DNA of 62,768 bases, filler included, from Nemertoderma westbladi (taxonomy: Eukaryota > Animalia > Xenacoelomorpha): the NCBI GenBank assembly GCA_032718475.1. It is 3 parts of 3 records of this genome, joined end to end, with 100 filler letters (N's around TTAATTAATTAA, not from the genome) between each part and the next. Parts side by side here need not be neighbours in the genome. Positions count along the whole stretch, not along the records: positions 25,956 to 49,657 come from JAUCBJ010004362.1; 2 more parts are not named here. One strand, given 5' to 3'. Made by a program: the position numbers and the translations under genes. Shown one piece after another: positions 37,257 through 49,390 of the stretch. Position 1 is the first letter of the stretch. Each line of letters begins with the position of its first letter. The notes beneath the pieces were generated by a model. It searched no databases and was not told where the DNA came from. It worked only from the letters and a program-made list of their open reading frames with translations.

Positions 37257-38329
37257 TTAGATATGTAGCACTAGGCCAGATATTTATATTTTTATTTAAT
37301 AAACCCATTCTAATAAACATAAAACCCAAATTCGCACAATTCGCTAAAGTGCACAATTGAAATAATTAAATAAATAAATAATTTCGTACAAGCTATGGTG
37401 TTTTCTCAAAAGTGCTCGATCCCTACTAATACTTAAATAAGATCAAAGTTGATATGTGAATACTCAATCCAAGCATACTTTTGTGCACATATTATATTGA
37501 TTGGTAAACATTAGTGACACATTCCAAATTTCTATGAATGTCACATAATTTACATTGGAATGAGATTTTTGGTGCCCCAGTTATCTGTTCTGCGAAGTGA
37601 TCTTTACTACTGGCAGTTCTTATCGTATACCAATAGTATACTAATTGCTAATCCGTCCCATTCTCCAAGACATGAAATGCGCAAAGATCGCAGCTTAAGA
37701 AATGATGACTAAGGACTGCATGAGCTAGTTGCTGACCCTAAGACTACGCGTCAAATCGAGGAATTCCCAAATTCCCGCCCATGCGAAGAATACCAGGATT
37801 TCACTTTTCGGTCGACTTTTTTTGGAATTTTATATATGAAGATTTTTATTTTTTTTTAATTTATCTTTATTTAGTGTTTTATAACGTTTATTTCTGTCTT
37901 ATAACCTGTACATACTAATTCGTTTATTGTTATGGTTAGATTCAGCCCTTCTGTAACAAAGTACAAAGGAAATTATCTTGGATTTGGAGATTGGATAAGA
38001 CTTACGAATACGATATTATCTGCATTAAATGAAGTATCAAGAGTATAAAAGCACCTTGAATTACTGTACACGTTCGTGGGGCCTTCGCGCAGCACGAGGC
38101 CCAGTTATGAGATACAAATTAAAACTGAGCGACTGTATCACAAAATCAGTATTTGAGAAATTTACCCACACCACCAATCAATTAAAGAAAGGGGTACAGT
38201 ACGTGTTCAGCCCTTTTAATCTGCACCCCCCCCCCCCCCACCCTTCCCACCCACCAATACATAACCGCGACATCTACCACCCACGGAAGGGTAGCACGAA
38301 CTTATTTCCAATCGCACGTTCAATATGCA

Positions 38330-38756
38330 AAGCCAGGTGGTTTATAGGAATATAATAAACGCAGTACTCGTTTTCATTATAAGCCTCGTTGCGTTCGTCC
38401 TGTTTTGAATTTAAATATATTTCTTAAACGCAGGCTAGGACGATCTTTATAATAATAATAACTAGGGATGCGATAAATGTGTGAAGCCAGGTGGTTTATA
38501 TAATAATATAGTCAACGCAGTACTCGTCTTCTTTATAAGCCTCGTTGTGCTCGTCCTGTTTTGTATTTAAATATATTTCCTAAACACAGACTGACGATCT
38601 TTATAACTACCGATGCGTTCAATAGGCGCAGCCAGGTATGGTTTATAGGAAAATAGTCTACGCAGTACTCGTCTTCATTATATGCCTCGTTGCGCTCGTC
38701 GCTCGTCCTGTGTTGTCATAAAATATTTTTCCTAAACGCAGACTGACGACCTTTAT
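38330..38756. repeat. Three diverged tandem copies of a ~150-bp unit
   Basis: AGCCAGGT..GGTTTATA...ACGCAGTACTCGT...GCCTCGTTG...GACGA(T/C)CTTTATA at ~38330, ~38485, ~38630. Confidence 0.85.
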
Positions 38757-39121
38757 ACAGTTATAACTATGCGAAGTTTCGAAACTGTGCGAGTAACTGC
38801 TGATACATCTATGTGGAGATGTGTGATACAACGCCAACGCATCGTATGCCGATGTAGTAATATGGGTATTGAAATAATATTAAATCAATGTACACTCTTA
38901 AAGCTGCAGCGAAAAATTGTAGCTAATTTCCTTGGTTACATATAAAATAATAAAATTATTTTTAAGAACATTAATTTTACTACTTTACAAAAATTCAATT
39001 AAAAAATAAACGAACGGATGAAGTGGTAGGCATTCACCAGCGGCAGCATAGTGTAAAGATGATAGAAAAAATAAAGTATTGAGGGTCTTTAGCTGGTTAT
39101 ATTATATTAGATAAAGATACG

Positions 39122-39161
39122 ATAGTAAACGTTTTCGACCTACCGGTCTGCATCAGACTAT
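39122..39161 (-). ncRNA. Minimal type I hammerhead-like ribozyme motif (variant core)
   Basis: Minus strand: AUAGU CUGAUGCA GACC GGUA GGUC GAAA ACGUUU ACUAU; stem I AUAGU/ACUAU, stem II GACC/GGUC, palindromic AAACGUUU stem III. Core deviates from CUGANGA. Confidence 0.65.
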
Positions 39162-39663
39162 GTACTGGCAACTAACAGGAAAAGGTGGGGGTCTATATAT
39201 ATATATATAAGTTTTAAAGGGGAATACCTGATAGGTGAATCCCAGAAAGGTTAACGTGTACTGTATGTATGTACTGTATAACGTAAGGTAATTGTGATAG
39301 GGAAAATACACCGAGTTAGTTGTAAGCTGTCAATCTAAAGTACAAATATAGGGTTACAGGTTGGGTTACAAGGTTGGGAGAAGTTGATAGGGAAATCCCA
39401 GGAGTGGTCATGTGTCTACATACTGAATGGTATAATTGGATTAGGTAGGTTACATAGGATTATGAGGTATCTACTTAAAGCGCATGGTTAGGTAGAATGC
39501 AACATAATGATAGCTGTAATTAATCACAAGAAACAGAAAAATCAAGACAAAAACAAAAAGGAAGGTAGGGGAAAAGCAAATAAAAACCCCGGAAATTCGC
39601 TATAGAGGGCACTGTAGTTGTGTAAGATATAGAATATAGGGTGTATTATATAAAACGTTGGGT

Positions 39664-40059
39664 TTAGATTGCTGGTCTTGCTACGTTAAGTGGCGGGTTG
39701 TATGTATAGATTAGGTTAGCTTCCGTCGCTAGTAGTTCGGGTATGTTTGTGAATTGTTTTATGGTTGCGGTGCGTAAATTTTCTAAACCACAACCGTATA
39801 TGTGCCTAGCTAGGAGTATGTCTTCGTGTGTTTTTCCGTCATTGGCTCGTGAGGGGTAGTGTCGTATGTTGTTGCGGTGTCCATTAAAGCGTTCGTGAAG
39901 TTTCTGTCTCGTTTGGCCTATGTAGTATAGAGTAGGGTGGCAGTGGCACCAGGCCAAGAAACATACAGTTACAGTGTGGGACTTACATGTATAGTGTCCT
40001 TTTATCTTTTCACCCCATGGTGTCTGTTGTATGTTAGTGATTATACATGTATCTGTCAT
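39664..40059 (-). pseudogene. GIY-YIG endonuclease domain of a Penelope-like element (no RT present)
   Basis: YIGQT, R..H, catalytic E and terminal LN motifs. Confidence 0.8.
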
Positions 40060-40599
40060 TTACCTGAGATAGCAATACAACATTTATAGTAGAGTCAATA
40101 GGAATTGGAATACAGGAAGGATGGCGGGATGTGGGATTTAAAGAATGCTGTCTGGGCTGGAATAGCAATACTGGTTGCCTATTACAATTCCTCTCTGGTT
40201 AGTCTACAGCCACAACTCCCACCCAGCTAGCTCCACACCAGCAGAGACTTGACCAATAATCATTCCCAGCAACTGGCTGCCTTACACACACATCCTTCCA
40301 TCTATGTACCAGCATGTTGGCCAATAAATGAGCAGTATTTAATGAGAATCAATTTTTTATGCCGTTTTAATTACTTTAGATCAATTAAAGACACAATTAT
40401 TAAAGCAAATCACTTGAACTAATTAAAAACTATAATATAATGGAGTATGTGGATTACATCTGTATAATTTTAAGTATAATTATTGAAGTCTTATACTGTA
40501 AAACAATTAATTTCCTTTAACAGGCAGGTTGAAAGTGCTGTTTTTACCGTAATCAATTTAATTAACTAATTAACTGCTATTATCTTAGCTTCTCGAAGG

Positions 40600-40790
40600 C
40601 CACACGAAAATTCAACTTGGAAAATTTCTAAACTTTTGCCAAACAACATGTGCACCAAGTTTGGATAGATTCCATCGAAGATTGGCCGAGTTATTAACGT
40701 TTAAAATTGAACAAGAACGACAGAACGACAGAACGACAGGTTGATTAATGGTACCACTACGCTAAGGCTCACTCACTTCGTGGCTCGCCC
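40600..40790 (+). mobile_element. Possible Helentron/DINE-like non-autonomous remnant
   Basis: CCAAGTTTGG...GAGTTAT block, (ACAGAACG)n microsatellite, terminal hairpin-like GGCTCACTCACTTCGTGGCTCGCCC; pattern recognition only. Confidence 0.35.
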
Positions 40791-41174
40791 CACATCTTAT
40801 CTTTTTTCTGGGCAGCAGTATAGCTGGTGCTGCTACAGTATATGGCTGTCCATAACCGCACTGAACTTACTACATAAGATATAATACATGATCCCTAATC
40901 CTGTATATAATCCAGGATGCTTCGGAGAGTTCATGGCCTAAGATACAATGCTACTGTAGATTATCGAATGTGGCATTGTGGCACTCCCAACACCACCCTG
41001 CAAACACGACAGATTAGTAACTATAACTATTTTTATATTATATTAACAATTTCTATCTTTATTTTATGAATATTAGTCAAGGGTATTTTAGGGCAATCTT
41101 GTTATTAAAAGTAATACTGTATTTATCATTGACAATAAGTAATTTTAATTTGTACTTTTGTTCGTTTTACAATA

Positions 41175-42107
41175 ATGGCGAATGTAAATACAATTCATAT
41201 AACGGAAGAGGAAGTACACGACCTCGTAGATCCTGTAACTTTAGTCCAAGAAATCCGCGAGGGATTGGCCGATTTTAGTTCCGGCTTGGTTGTCCAGCCG
41301 GTCAGATCCTCGATGTCTATCTCGGAACACAGCGGAACAGTTTTATCCATGATGGCCTACAGTCCTAGCCTAAACTCCATGGCAATAAAACTAATTACGT
41401 TGTACCCAAAAGCAAAAGAAAGTCACGTGCTGAAGTTGAATCTGTATGATCCGCGAACGGCTGTGTTATTGGCGCATATAGACGCGAACCATCTCTCTGA
41501 GTTGCGTACAGCCGCCGCCTCTGTAGCAGCCATACAGACTCTCGCACCACGTCACGCCAACGTTGTAGCTATTCTAGGGTCCGGACACGAGGCGCGTTCC
41601 CATTGGCTAATTTTGTCGAAAGTTATGGCGGTAAGAGACTTGCGGATCTGGTCGAGAACGGATGCGAACGCACGGAAACTAGTTGGAGAGATTGGGTACC
41701 CGGCGCGTAGCTGTGGCAGCGTGAAAGAGGCCGTGAACGGCGCTCACGTAATCATAACCGTTACCATGGCTACACAGCCGATACTGTTCTCTGATTGGGT
41801 GATGGACGGAGCTCATGTTTGCTCCATCGGCGCCACCCGTCCTAATTGGCAGGAGATTGACCCGGTTCTAATGCGTCGAGCGGTCGTTTATGTGGATTCT
41901 AGGGCTGGAGCTAACGCTGAATCAGGCGACGTTATTATATCTGGATGCGATATTTACGCGGAAATTGGAGAAATTCTCAACGGTACTAAAAAGGTTCTGG
42001 CTCCCTCGCAGTCAGTGACGCTGTTTAAATCCATGGGAATGGCGATAGAGGATGTTATCGCAGGAAAACACGTCTACGACGCGAAAATTAATAAATCTAA
42101 ATTGTAA
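41175..42107 (+). CDS. CRYM: Mu-crystallin / ketimine reductase (ornithine cyclodeaminase family), intronless
   Basis: 310-aa ORF with VVQPVR, RTAAASVAA, ILGSG..A.SH, IITVTMATQPIL, GATRPNWQEID, YVDSR...ESGDV, TLFKSMGMAIED. Confidence 0.92.
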   Translation: MANVNTIHITEEEVHDLVDPVTLVQEIREGLADFSSGLVVQPVRSSMSISEHSGTVLSMMAYSPSLNSMAIKLITLYPKAKESHVLKLNLYDPRTAVLLAHIDANHLSELRTAAASVAAIQTLAPRHANVVAILGSGHEARSHWLILSKVMAVRDLRIWSRTDANARKLVGEIGYPARSCGSVKEAVNGAHVIITVTMATQPILFSDWVMDGAHVCSIGATRPNWQEIDPVLMRRAVVYVDSRAGANAESGDVIISGCDIYAEIGEILNGTKKVLAPSQSVTLFKSMGMAIEDVIAGKHVYDAKINKSKL

Positions 42108-43142
42108 TTAATGCAACGAAACTAAATTATATACAGTAGGTCTACAGTTGGAGATAAATTAGTTTGATTATTATTTGGATAATTATTGTAATTGGTGCGC
42201 GGAAAAATTGTTGGGCTGCAAACAATTGAAATAATGGGTAACAAGGTGCTCTGAATCGAGTGACGGGGTGTGTTTTTTGTAAAAAATGGAAACGGTCGAA
42301 ATGGCGAGTTTGAGTAGGCGCGGGAAGTCAATTTTGAAAATCGACTGTGATTGGCTGCTACAGATTTCACGTCATTACAAAGTGATCTGATAATTTCTTA
42401 TCTTGGTTTCTATTGGTAACAATTTTCGATCCATTCAAATACAAATTAGATCTCAATCATTTGACACGTGGCTTATATCAATTGAAAGCGGAGAGACTTG
42501 CGCGTCTTTTGACACTATAATTAATTCAATTTATGATGGTTATGAATTACTGTACGTTTCAGTAATGAATGAATTATTTTACAGTAATTACATGATTACA
42601 GTATCTTTTACTAATTAATGAATATTGTTGAAGTAATTACTGAATAACTATTAAGTAGCCTAATTACAGAATCATTCATACTTATATCATCATTACGTAT
42701 AATTACTACTGTATCTATGCAGTCGTGGCGAAATAACAAATGAATATCATTAGATATCACTGACCGCTACAATAATAATAATATTAATTTCCGGCGCATC
42801 TCAGAATTAAGTGTCAAGATATACAGTCCCAATAAGGATTGGGACTGTACTGTACACCCGAGCGCCTTCCACTGTTAGAAATATTCTGACCTCGGAATTA
42901 CATAATATACAGTAGATATCTCGCCATTCAATAGTCTTAAGACCTGGTTATACTTCGTCAGATGTCAGACAAGTGTCTGAGCTCAGACTCAGACAGTCTG
43001 ATGACAGACTTGTCTGAAAGCCGGCGGTTTCTGATGTGAGAAATCATCAGGCATTTAGACATTAGTGTTTATACTTAAAGAAGATATCTGCCTCAGACAT
43101 GCTCCATTTCATTTCGTGTTACCCCCCCACCCCCCCCCCCCC

Positions 43143-43485
43143 TGTATTGATATTATTATTGTATTGATATTCCTTAGCTACGTACTCTAGATCCGTTACT
43201 AGGCAACGGCCAATCAGCGATGGGCAGATTGCATGGGATATCGGGTGATGGGATTTCACAGTAGGTAGGACATATTATTCATTCATTGATATAGGATACT
43301 GGAGCTGTCATCCTGGACGGCCACAGACGGACAGCTCTGTACTGCACAGTATACTGCCACCGGTATGTCGGCCAGCAGTACTTATCAGTCTATCAGCACG
43401 TATTGAAATAATATAATATTACTTTGCGGCACTATATTATTTCTCACTCTTACTCGTATATCGATATGCTTACGATATCATTATA
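43143..43485 (+). repeat. 5' LTR (TG...TA)
   Basis: No difference seen by eye versus 48101-48443. Confidence 0.95.
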
Positions 43486-43496
43486 TGGCGCAGTGA
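43486..43496 (+). promoter_or_regulatory. Primer-binding site TGGCGCAGTGA (probably tRNA-Ser)
   Basis: TGG immediately after the 5' LTR; tRNA identity is inferred. Confidence 0.75.
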
Positions 43497-43515
43497 TCTA
43501 TTTATGAACTGAACG

Positions 43516-46500
43516 ATGCCTCCTAAACGCGGTGCTAAAAATTTAGCCGCTGCAGGCAAAGACGACAACGCGGGTTCATCAGACTCGGATAATGTCGATC
43601 CAGCGGATCGGTACAACATCCGAGATATGCGACGCGAACTGAATCAGCAACGAGCACACGCGGATGACAGACTCGATCAACTGACCCAGTTGATGTTGAA
43701 GGCGCAGGTCGACGCCGACGCGCGTTTGGCACAGCACCAGGCTGACGCCCTCCAACAACGAGCCGACTCCGATGCTCGGATGATGCAACTAATTGCTGCC
43801 CTCCAGGGCTCCAGGGCCAACAAGGTGCGGGACCCGGTGCTGCCGCTACACCTCCCGCCGCCGCCGTGGGACACCCAGCTCCCGCGCAACCCCAACCTCG
43901 ACGTCGCGTGATAGATATATCCGGGCTAGAGAAGATCGATGGCGACATCGAATTCACTCCGTTCCGTCGCTGGAGAGAGACCTGGCGCGTCCACGCGTAC
44001 CGCCAACAGGCCTCCACCTTCCCCCGAGATGAACAGGTCTACGCCCTCGTTTCCGCTCTAGGACGCGACCTCCAGCGAATGTTGACAGTGACTCTCCATG
44101 TCAACATCGATGCACCGGAGACGACGACGGACTCCATCCTCGACGATCTCCAGGCCCACCTAAGGTCGAAGAGAAGCATCGCCATCGACGGGATCCGGTT
44201 CCACGACCGGAGGCAGGGAGCCAACGAATCCTTCGACACCTTCCGCATCGCCCTTGAGGAGTTGGCGGACGACGCCGAACTCTGCGGCCACTGTCGCGAT
44301 CGCCAGATCGTGACTCAGATTCTGGTCGGGATCCAATCTTCAGAGACGAGGACGGAGCTCCTGAAGGTTCTTCCGCAACCTTCCCTCGAGGACTGCGTCC
44401 GGATCTCCCAATCGATGGAGGCGAGCGAGCGGAACGACTCCATCATCGGTCGAGGCCGTCCCGTCGCCAAAGTGACGTCGAATTACCTGCGCGAGAAATT
44501 GACCTCCCGGACATCTCAACAAACGAACTCGCAGCAACCCAACCCGGATCAAGCATGTCTGTGGTGCGGGCGAAACCACACGGGGGGTAGACCAAACTGC
44601 CCCGCCAAGGACGCCGTTTGTAAATCCTGTCGGAAGGTTGGGCATTATAGGGGTGTCTGCCGTTCCAATCAGAAACGATCCCAATCAGGTAATCGCGGTA
44701 AACCTGGTTCCAGGGATCAGCCGCCACACTCACCTCGTGTAAACTCGATACTTCCAGAGGTTCATTCAAACACTGGAGTAAACTCGATTTCCATTAACGG
44801 AACTGAACTTCCGCCCGCCACCTGCCCACTTAAATGTATAAGTGTGGATCTAAAACAAGTATCCGGAGAACCACTCGGAACCGTTAAACGAGCTCTACCG
44901 GACAGCGGCGCGGCGGCTACAATGTTCAGCCACAAACTGTACAGCGCTATAGGGGGCCGCGATGCAGATCTACTACCGTATCCCATCGACAACCCTCAAC
45001 TGCGAGCCGCGAACCAAAGCCCGCTACAAATCGCGGGAATGTTTCCTTCAATAATCTCCTATGACGGACTCAAACAACGGCTTTAATTGTCGTATCCCCG
45101 GAAATTGATGGCCTAATCCTAAACCTCCGGGCGCTCGTGAACCTTAACATTCTTCCACCGAATTTCCCACAAGCCATAAACTCAATCAAATCTACTACGG
45201 AACCGTTAAATCCCCGAGTTCGCGACAAAATTCTACGCGAATACGCGGACGTGTTCGACGATGTAGATGAACCTTTGTCCACCATGGTTGGCGAACCGAT
45301 GCACGTTAACTTAAAGGAGGGCGCCAAACCCTTCCATGTAAACGGCGCGCGTCCAATTCCCTTCGCCATGCGGGACGAGGTAAAGTCCCTCCTCGACAAC
45401 ATGGAGCGACGCACCGTCATCGAACGAGTGACGGAGCCTACCGATTGGGCTCACCCGATGACGGTTACCCGGAAACCTTCCGGCAAACTCAGGTTGTGTG
45501 TGGACCTCCGCAACCTCAACCAACAGGTTACACGGCCTTACTACCCCACCCCGAGCCTGCGGGTGGCGATAGCCGGAATTGCAACAACGGCGAATTATTT
45601 CACCGTATTTGACGCCGCTTCCGGGTATTGGCAGGTCCCTCTCGATATAAATTCCCAGCTCCTAACCACATTCGTAACACCCTGGGGGAGATATAAACAC
45701 ACCAGGAGCAGGGAGTGTTATGGGTTTAATATCGAGCGGGGATGAGTACAACCGCCGCGGCGACGACGCCATCCGTGACCTGCCAAACTTGAGGAAGATC
45801 GTCGATGACGTCCTCCTCTACGACGCCAACCTCGACAACCACCTCGACAGCGTCCGCTGGTTCCTCCAACGATGCCGCGAGACCGGAATTTCCCTCAACC
45901 CTGACAAGGTCCAGTTCGCCCAGCGCGAAGTTAAGTTCGCGGGCTACCTCGTCGGGGCCGACGGGATACGGGCCGACCCGGCGAAGGTCCGGGCTATCGC
46001 GAGTTTCCCGAGGCCAACGAATATTACTGACCTCCGGAGTTTCGTTGGGTTGGTGGAGCAACTCGCCCCATTCTCGACGGACATCTCCTCCACGATGTCC
46101 CCCCTCCGCCCCCTCCTCAGTTCTAAGAATTCATTTATTTGGAATTCGGACCACGAGGCGGCGTTCGAGGCGACAAAACGCACGTTGGTCTCACCCCCAA
46201 TCCTTGCTCCCTTCGAGACGGAACGCGAGACAATGCTCCAAACCGACGCCTCGAGGAAACACGGTTTGGGCTACGCATTACTCCAGCGCTACGACGACGA
46301 TGACTGGAAACTGGTAGAGTGCGGATCGCGGTTCGTCTCGGAGATGGAGTCACGCTACGCCATGGTGGAGCTCGAGCTGCTCGCAGTCGCCTGGGCGGCC
46401 CACAAGTGTCGACTCTACCTCCTCGGCCTTCCACACTTCACCCTTATAGTCGACCACCAGCCACTCGTTACTATCCTGGATCGCTACAAAATCGATGCCA

Positions 46501-48068
46501 CGGATAATACTCGCCTCCAGTGGCTGAAATCTAAACTGACTCCGTATACCTTCACTACAGTGTGGAGGAAGGGTAATGATCATCGGATTCCCGATGCATT
46601 ATCCCGCGCTCCCGTTGACGATCCATCCTCCGATGACTTGATCGACGACGGCGATATGGCGTACTACATACATGCGGTAACCCGGCAGAAAGCCGCCGAA
46701 CTCTACGAGAGTTCGGAGCAATCGGAGGAGTTCTCCGACTTGATCCTCGACGCCCTCTGCAAGACCGCCCGGGACGACCCCGACTACATGGAACTCCTCG
46801 TCGCCACACAGTCCGGGTTCCCGCTGGCCTCCCGCCAACTCCCAGGAGTCTCTCCCTATTGGTCCGTCCGGGAGGAACTCACCACGGACCACGAACTCGT
46901 CCTTTACGGGCAGTGGATTATTATTCCGCGGGCGAAGCGACGGACCACCCTCGCGCGACTTCACGCCGCCCACCAGGGTGTAGAGAAAACTCTCCGCCGT
47001 GCCCGCCAGATGGTGTACTGGCCCGGGCTCACCAACGATGTCCGGACTACCATTTCATCGTGTGATGCCTGTCTCACACACCGCCCCAGTCTCACCAAGG
47101 AACCTCTCCTACGAGACCGAGAGGCCACCCGGCCCTTCGAGGAGATTTCTGCCGATCTCTTCGCCCTCGACGGCCAGAACTACCTCGCCATAGCGGACCG
47201 TTACTCTGGGTGGCCCGAAATATACGGCTACACCAGCCATCCAACCGCCGCTACAACAGCAGCCCATATACGGGACGTTTTTATACGCTTCGGCATCCCC
47301 GTACGGTTCTCCTCCGACGGCGGCCCACAATTCGCAGGGTCCAATTTCGTGGACTTCCTTAGCGACTGGGGAGTACAGCAGACGTTCTCCTCCCCGGAAT
47401 ACCCACAGAGCAACGGCCATGCAGAGTCTGCCGTTAAGGCTCTGAAGAGTTTGATAACAAAAACTGGGGGAAAAATAAACTCTACGGCATTCCAGGAGGG
47501 CCTCCTGGAATTAAGAAACTCACCCCGCGCACACGGCCAATCACCGGCCCAGATTTTATTTGGGCACCCAACACGCTCACGGGTACCTGCACACAGCCGG
47601 GCTTTCCTCTTGGGACACCAAACGACCAGGACCGCACTCGACGCTGCAGTGCCAAAACTCATTGAGTCTCAGGCCGAGGATTACAACCGCGGGGCCAAAA
47701 CCCTCCCCACCCTCTCAGTGGGAGACCCGGTGCGGATCCAAAACCCAACCACCAAGCGTTGGGACCGCACTGGTGTTGTGGTCGAAGCGGCCTCACACCG
47801 CAGTTACCGGATCAAATTACAGTCCGGCCGTTGTCTCACCCGCAACCGACGCCACCTTCTGAGGAACACAGCTATCGGGACATCGGGGGACATTAACAGC
47901 GGGCACAATGGTTATAATGCTAGAGGAACCCCATCAAACCCAACTAAGGGCGTTCACTGGGCAACACAGCTTACCAGCACCAGCCCGGAAAATATACCAG
48001 ATTTACAACACAACAACACCCACCCAACACGTCGGCGACGTCAACCAGACAGACTCCATTATGGATAG
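43516..48068 (+). pseudogene. Gypsy gag-pol broken by three frameshifts
   Basis: Knuckles CLWCGRNH...C and CKSCRKVGHYRGVC; protease LPDSGA; RT LRLCVDLRNLN, FDAASGYWQ, IVDD; RNase H TDAS/ELELLA/DHQPL/DALSR; integrase HAAH...CDAC, SDGGPQF, SNGHAE. Frameshifts at ~43801-43816, ~45077, ~45703-45716. Confidence 0.93.
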
Positions 48069-48090
48069 TTTGTTGGGAGTCCCACAAACT

Positions 48091-48100
48091 AGAAGGGGGG
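48091..48100 (+). promoter_or_regulatory. Polypurine tract AGAAGGGGGG
   Basis: Directly precedes the 3' LTR. Confidence 0.9.
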
Positions 48101-48443
48101 TGTATTGATATTATTATTGTATTGATATTCCTTAGCTACGTACTCTAGATCCGTTACTAGGCAACGGCCAATCAGCGATGGGCAGATTGCATGGGATATC
48201 GGGTGATGGGATTTCACAGTAGGTAGGACATATTATTCATTCATTGATATAGGATACTGGAGCTGTCATCCTGGACGGCCACAGACGGACAGCTCTGTAC
48301 TGCACAGTATACTGCCACCGGTATGTCGGCCAGCAGTACTTATCAGTCTATCAGCACGTATTGAAATAATATAATATTACTTTGCGGCACTATATTATTT
48401 CTCACTCTTACTCGTATATCGATATGCTTACGATATCATTATA
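48101..48443 (+). repeat. 3' LTR (TG...TA)
   Basis: Direct repeat of 43143-43485. Confidence 0.95.
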
Positions 48444-49390
48444 CCCCCCCCCCAAGCTTTTACCCCTCCCGCATACTCTATGTACGTACAAGTCTGAAAG
48501 CGAAAAACCTTCTCTCATTTCTTTATTAAATAATATATAATAAAAAGTTTTGTTATCCGTTTCAAGATACACATACCATAGGGTGCTTCTGCGTCTTTGT
48601 GGGGACAGTAATCCCTAGGCAGTTCTCCAGTCTACCGCTAGTGGTATGAAATTAAAACATTTTTTAAATGTCTGAAATGAAAACCTTCAGCTATTTTCTA
48701 TTATTGTTTATAATCCTTTCTTCCTGATTGTTACAGTACCTGACACATTCTAGTCTTCTTGACTTTCTTGAATTCTAGACTTCTTCTTTTTGTGAGGTCT
48801 TAAACCCCACAGCAGTTACCCACTCTGCCTCTAGGTGGTAAAAGTGATTATGGGACATCTGCTTAGAATGTGCTTATATAATTCTTTTGATTTGACACTT
48901 AACATAAGTTACTGTCATGTGCTGCGGGAAGGCCCCCACTTCATGTGTCTGATATCAGACATATATTTTTTTAACCATTTTAAAACGCCACAGACGCAAT
49001 TGTGTCTGTCACTAACATTGGTGAGAATGTCTGTGGCGTGTCGGTGGTGTGTCTGTGGCAGACACTATCAGACACGCGACAGACGCCACACGCCACAGAC
49101 ATCAGACACTGAAGCATGTCTGATGGTGTCTGACGCAGACGTGCCACAGAATCCCCGTTTAGAATGACTCCCGAGTGATCTGGGGAGTCATAACAACCTG
49201 GTTGAAATGAATCCCTTCAAGGATATTCATTATTCATAGGTTAAATAAATAGTGACCTGCAATCTTATAAGATAAGATTGTGATAAGGTCTAATGGTACA
49301 GTATAGGAACAAACTTTGGTTAGAGGTAGGTATCTGTACGTCGCAAAAAGGATTTTCGGTTATTTTCTGACAAAACCCAAACATACTGTA

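Larger units (their letters stand above)
39090..40059 (-). mobile_element. Penelope-like element, 3' remnant (GIY-YIG endonuclease plus pseudo-LTR region)
   Basis: ORF 39664-40059: HYTCKS...LYYIGQTRQKLHERFNGH...EANLIYTYNPPLN; downstream (TA)n box and hammerhead-type motif. Boundaries approximate. Confidence 0.8.
43143..48443 (+). mobile_element. Complete Ty3/Gypsy LTR retrotransposon (Mag-like), 5301 bp
   Basis: Two 343-bp LTRs, PBS, PPT, domain order Gag(2x Cys-His)-PR-RT-RH-IN; flanked by poly-C on both sides. Confidence 0.97.

Noticed and set aside
43535-47862. Numerous overlapping alternative-frame ORFs in the Gypsy body
   Set aside because: Expected in GC-rich coding DNA; no motifs independent of gag-pol.
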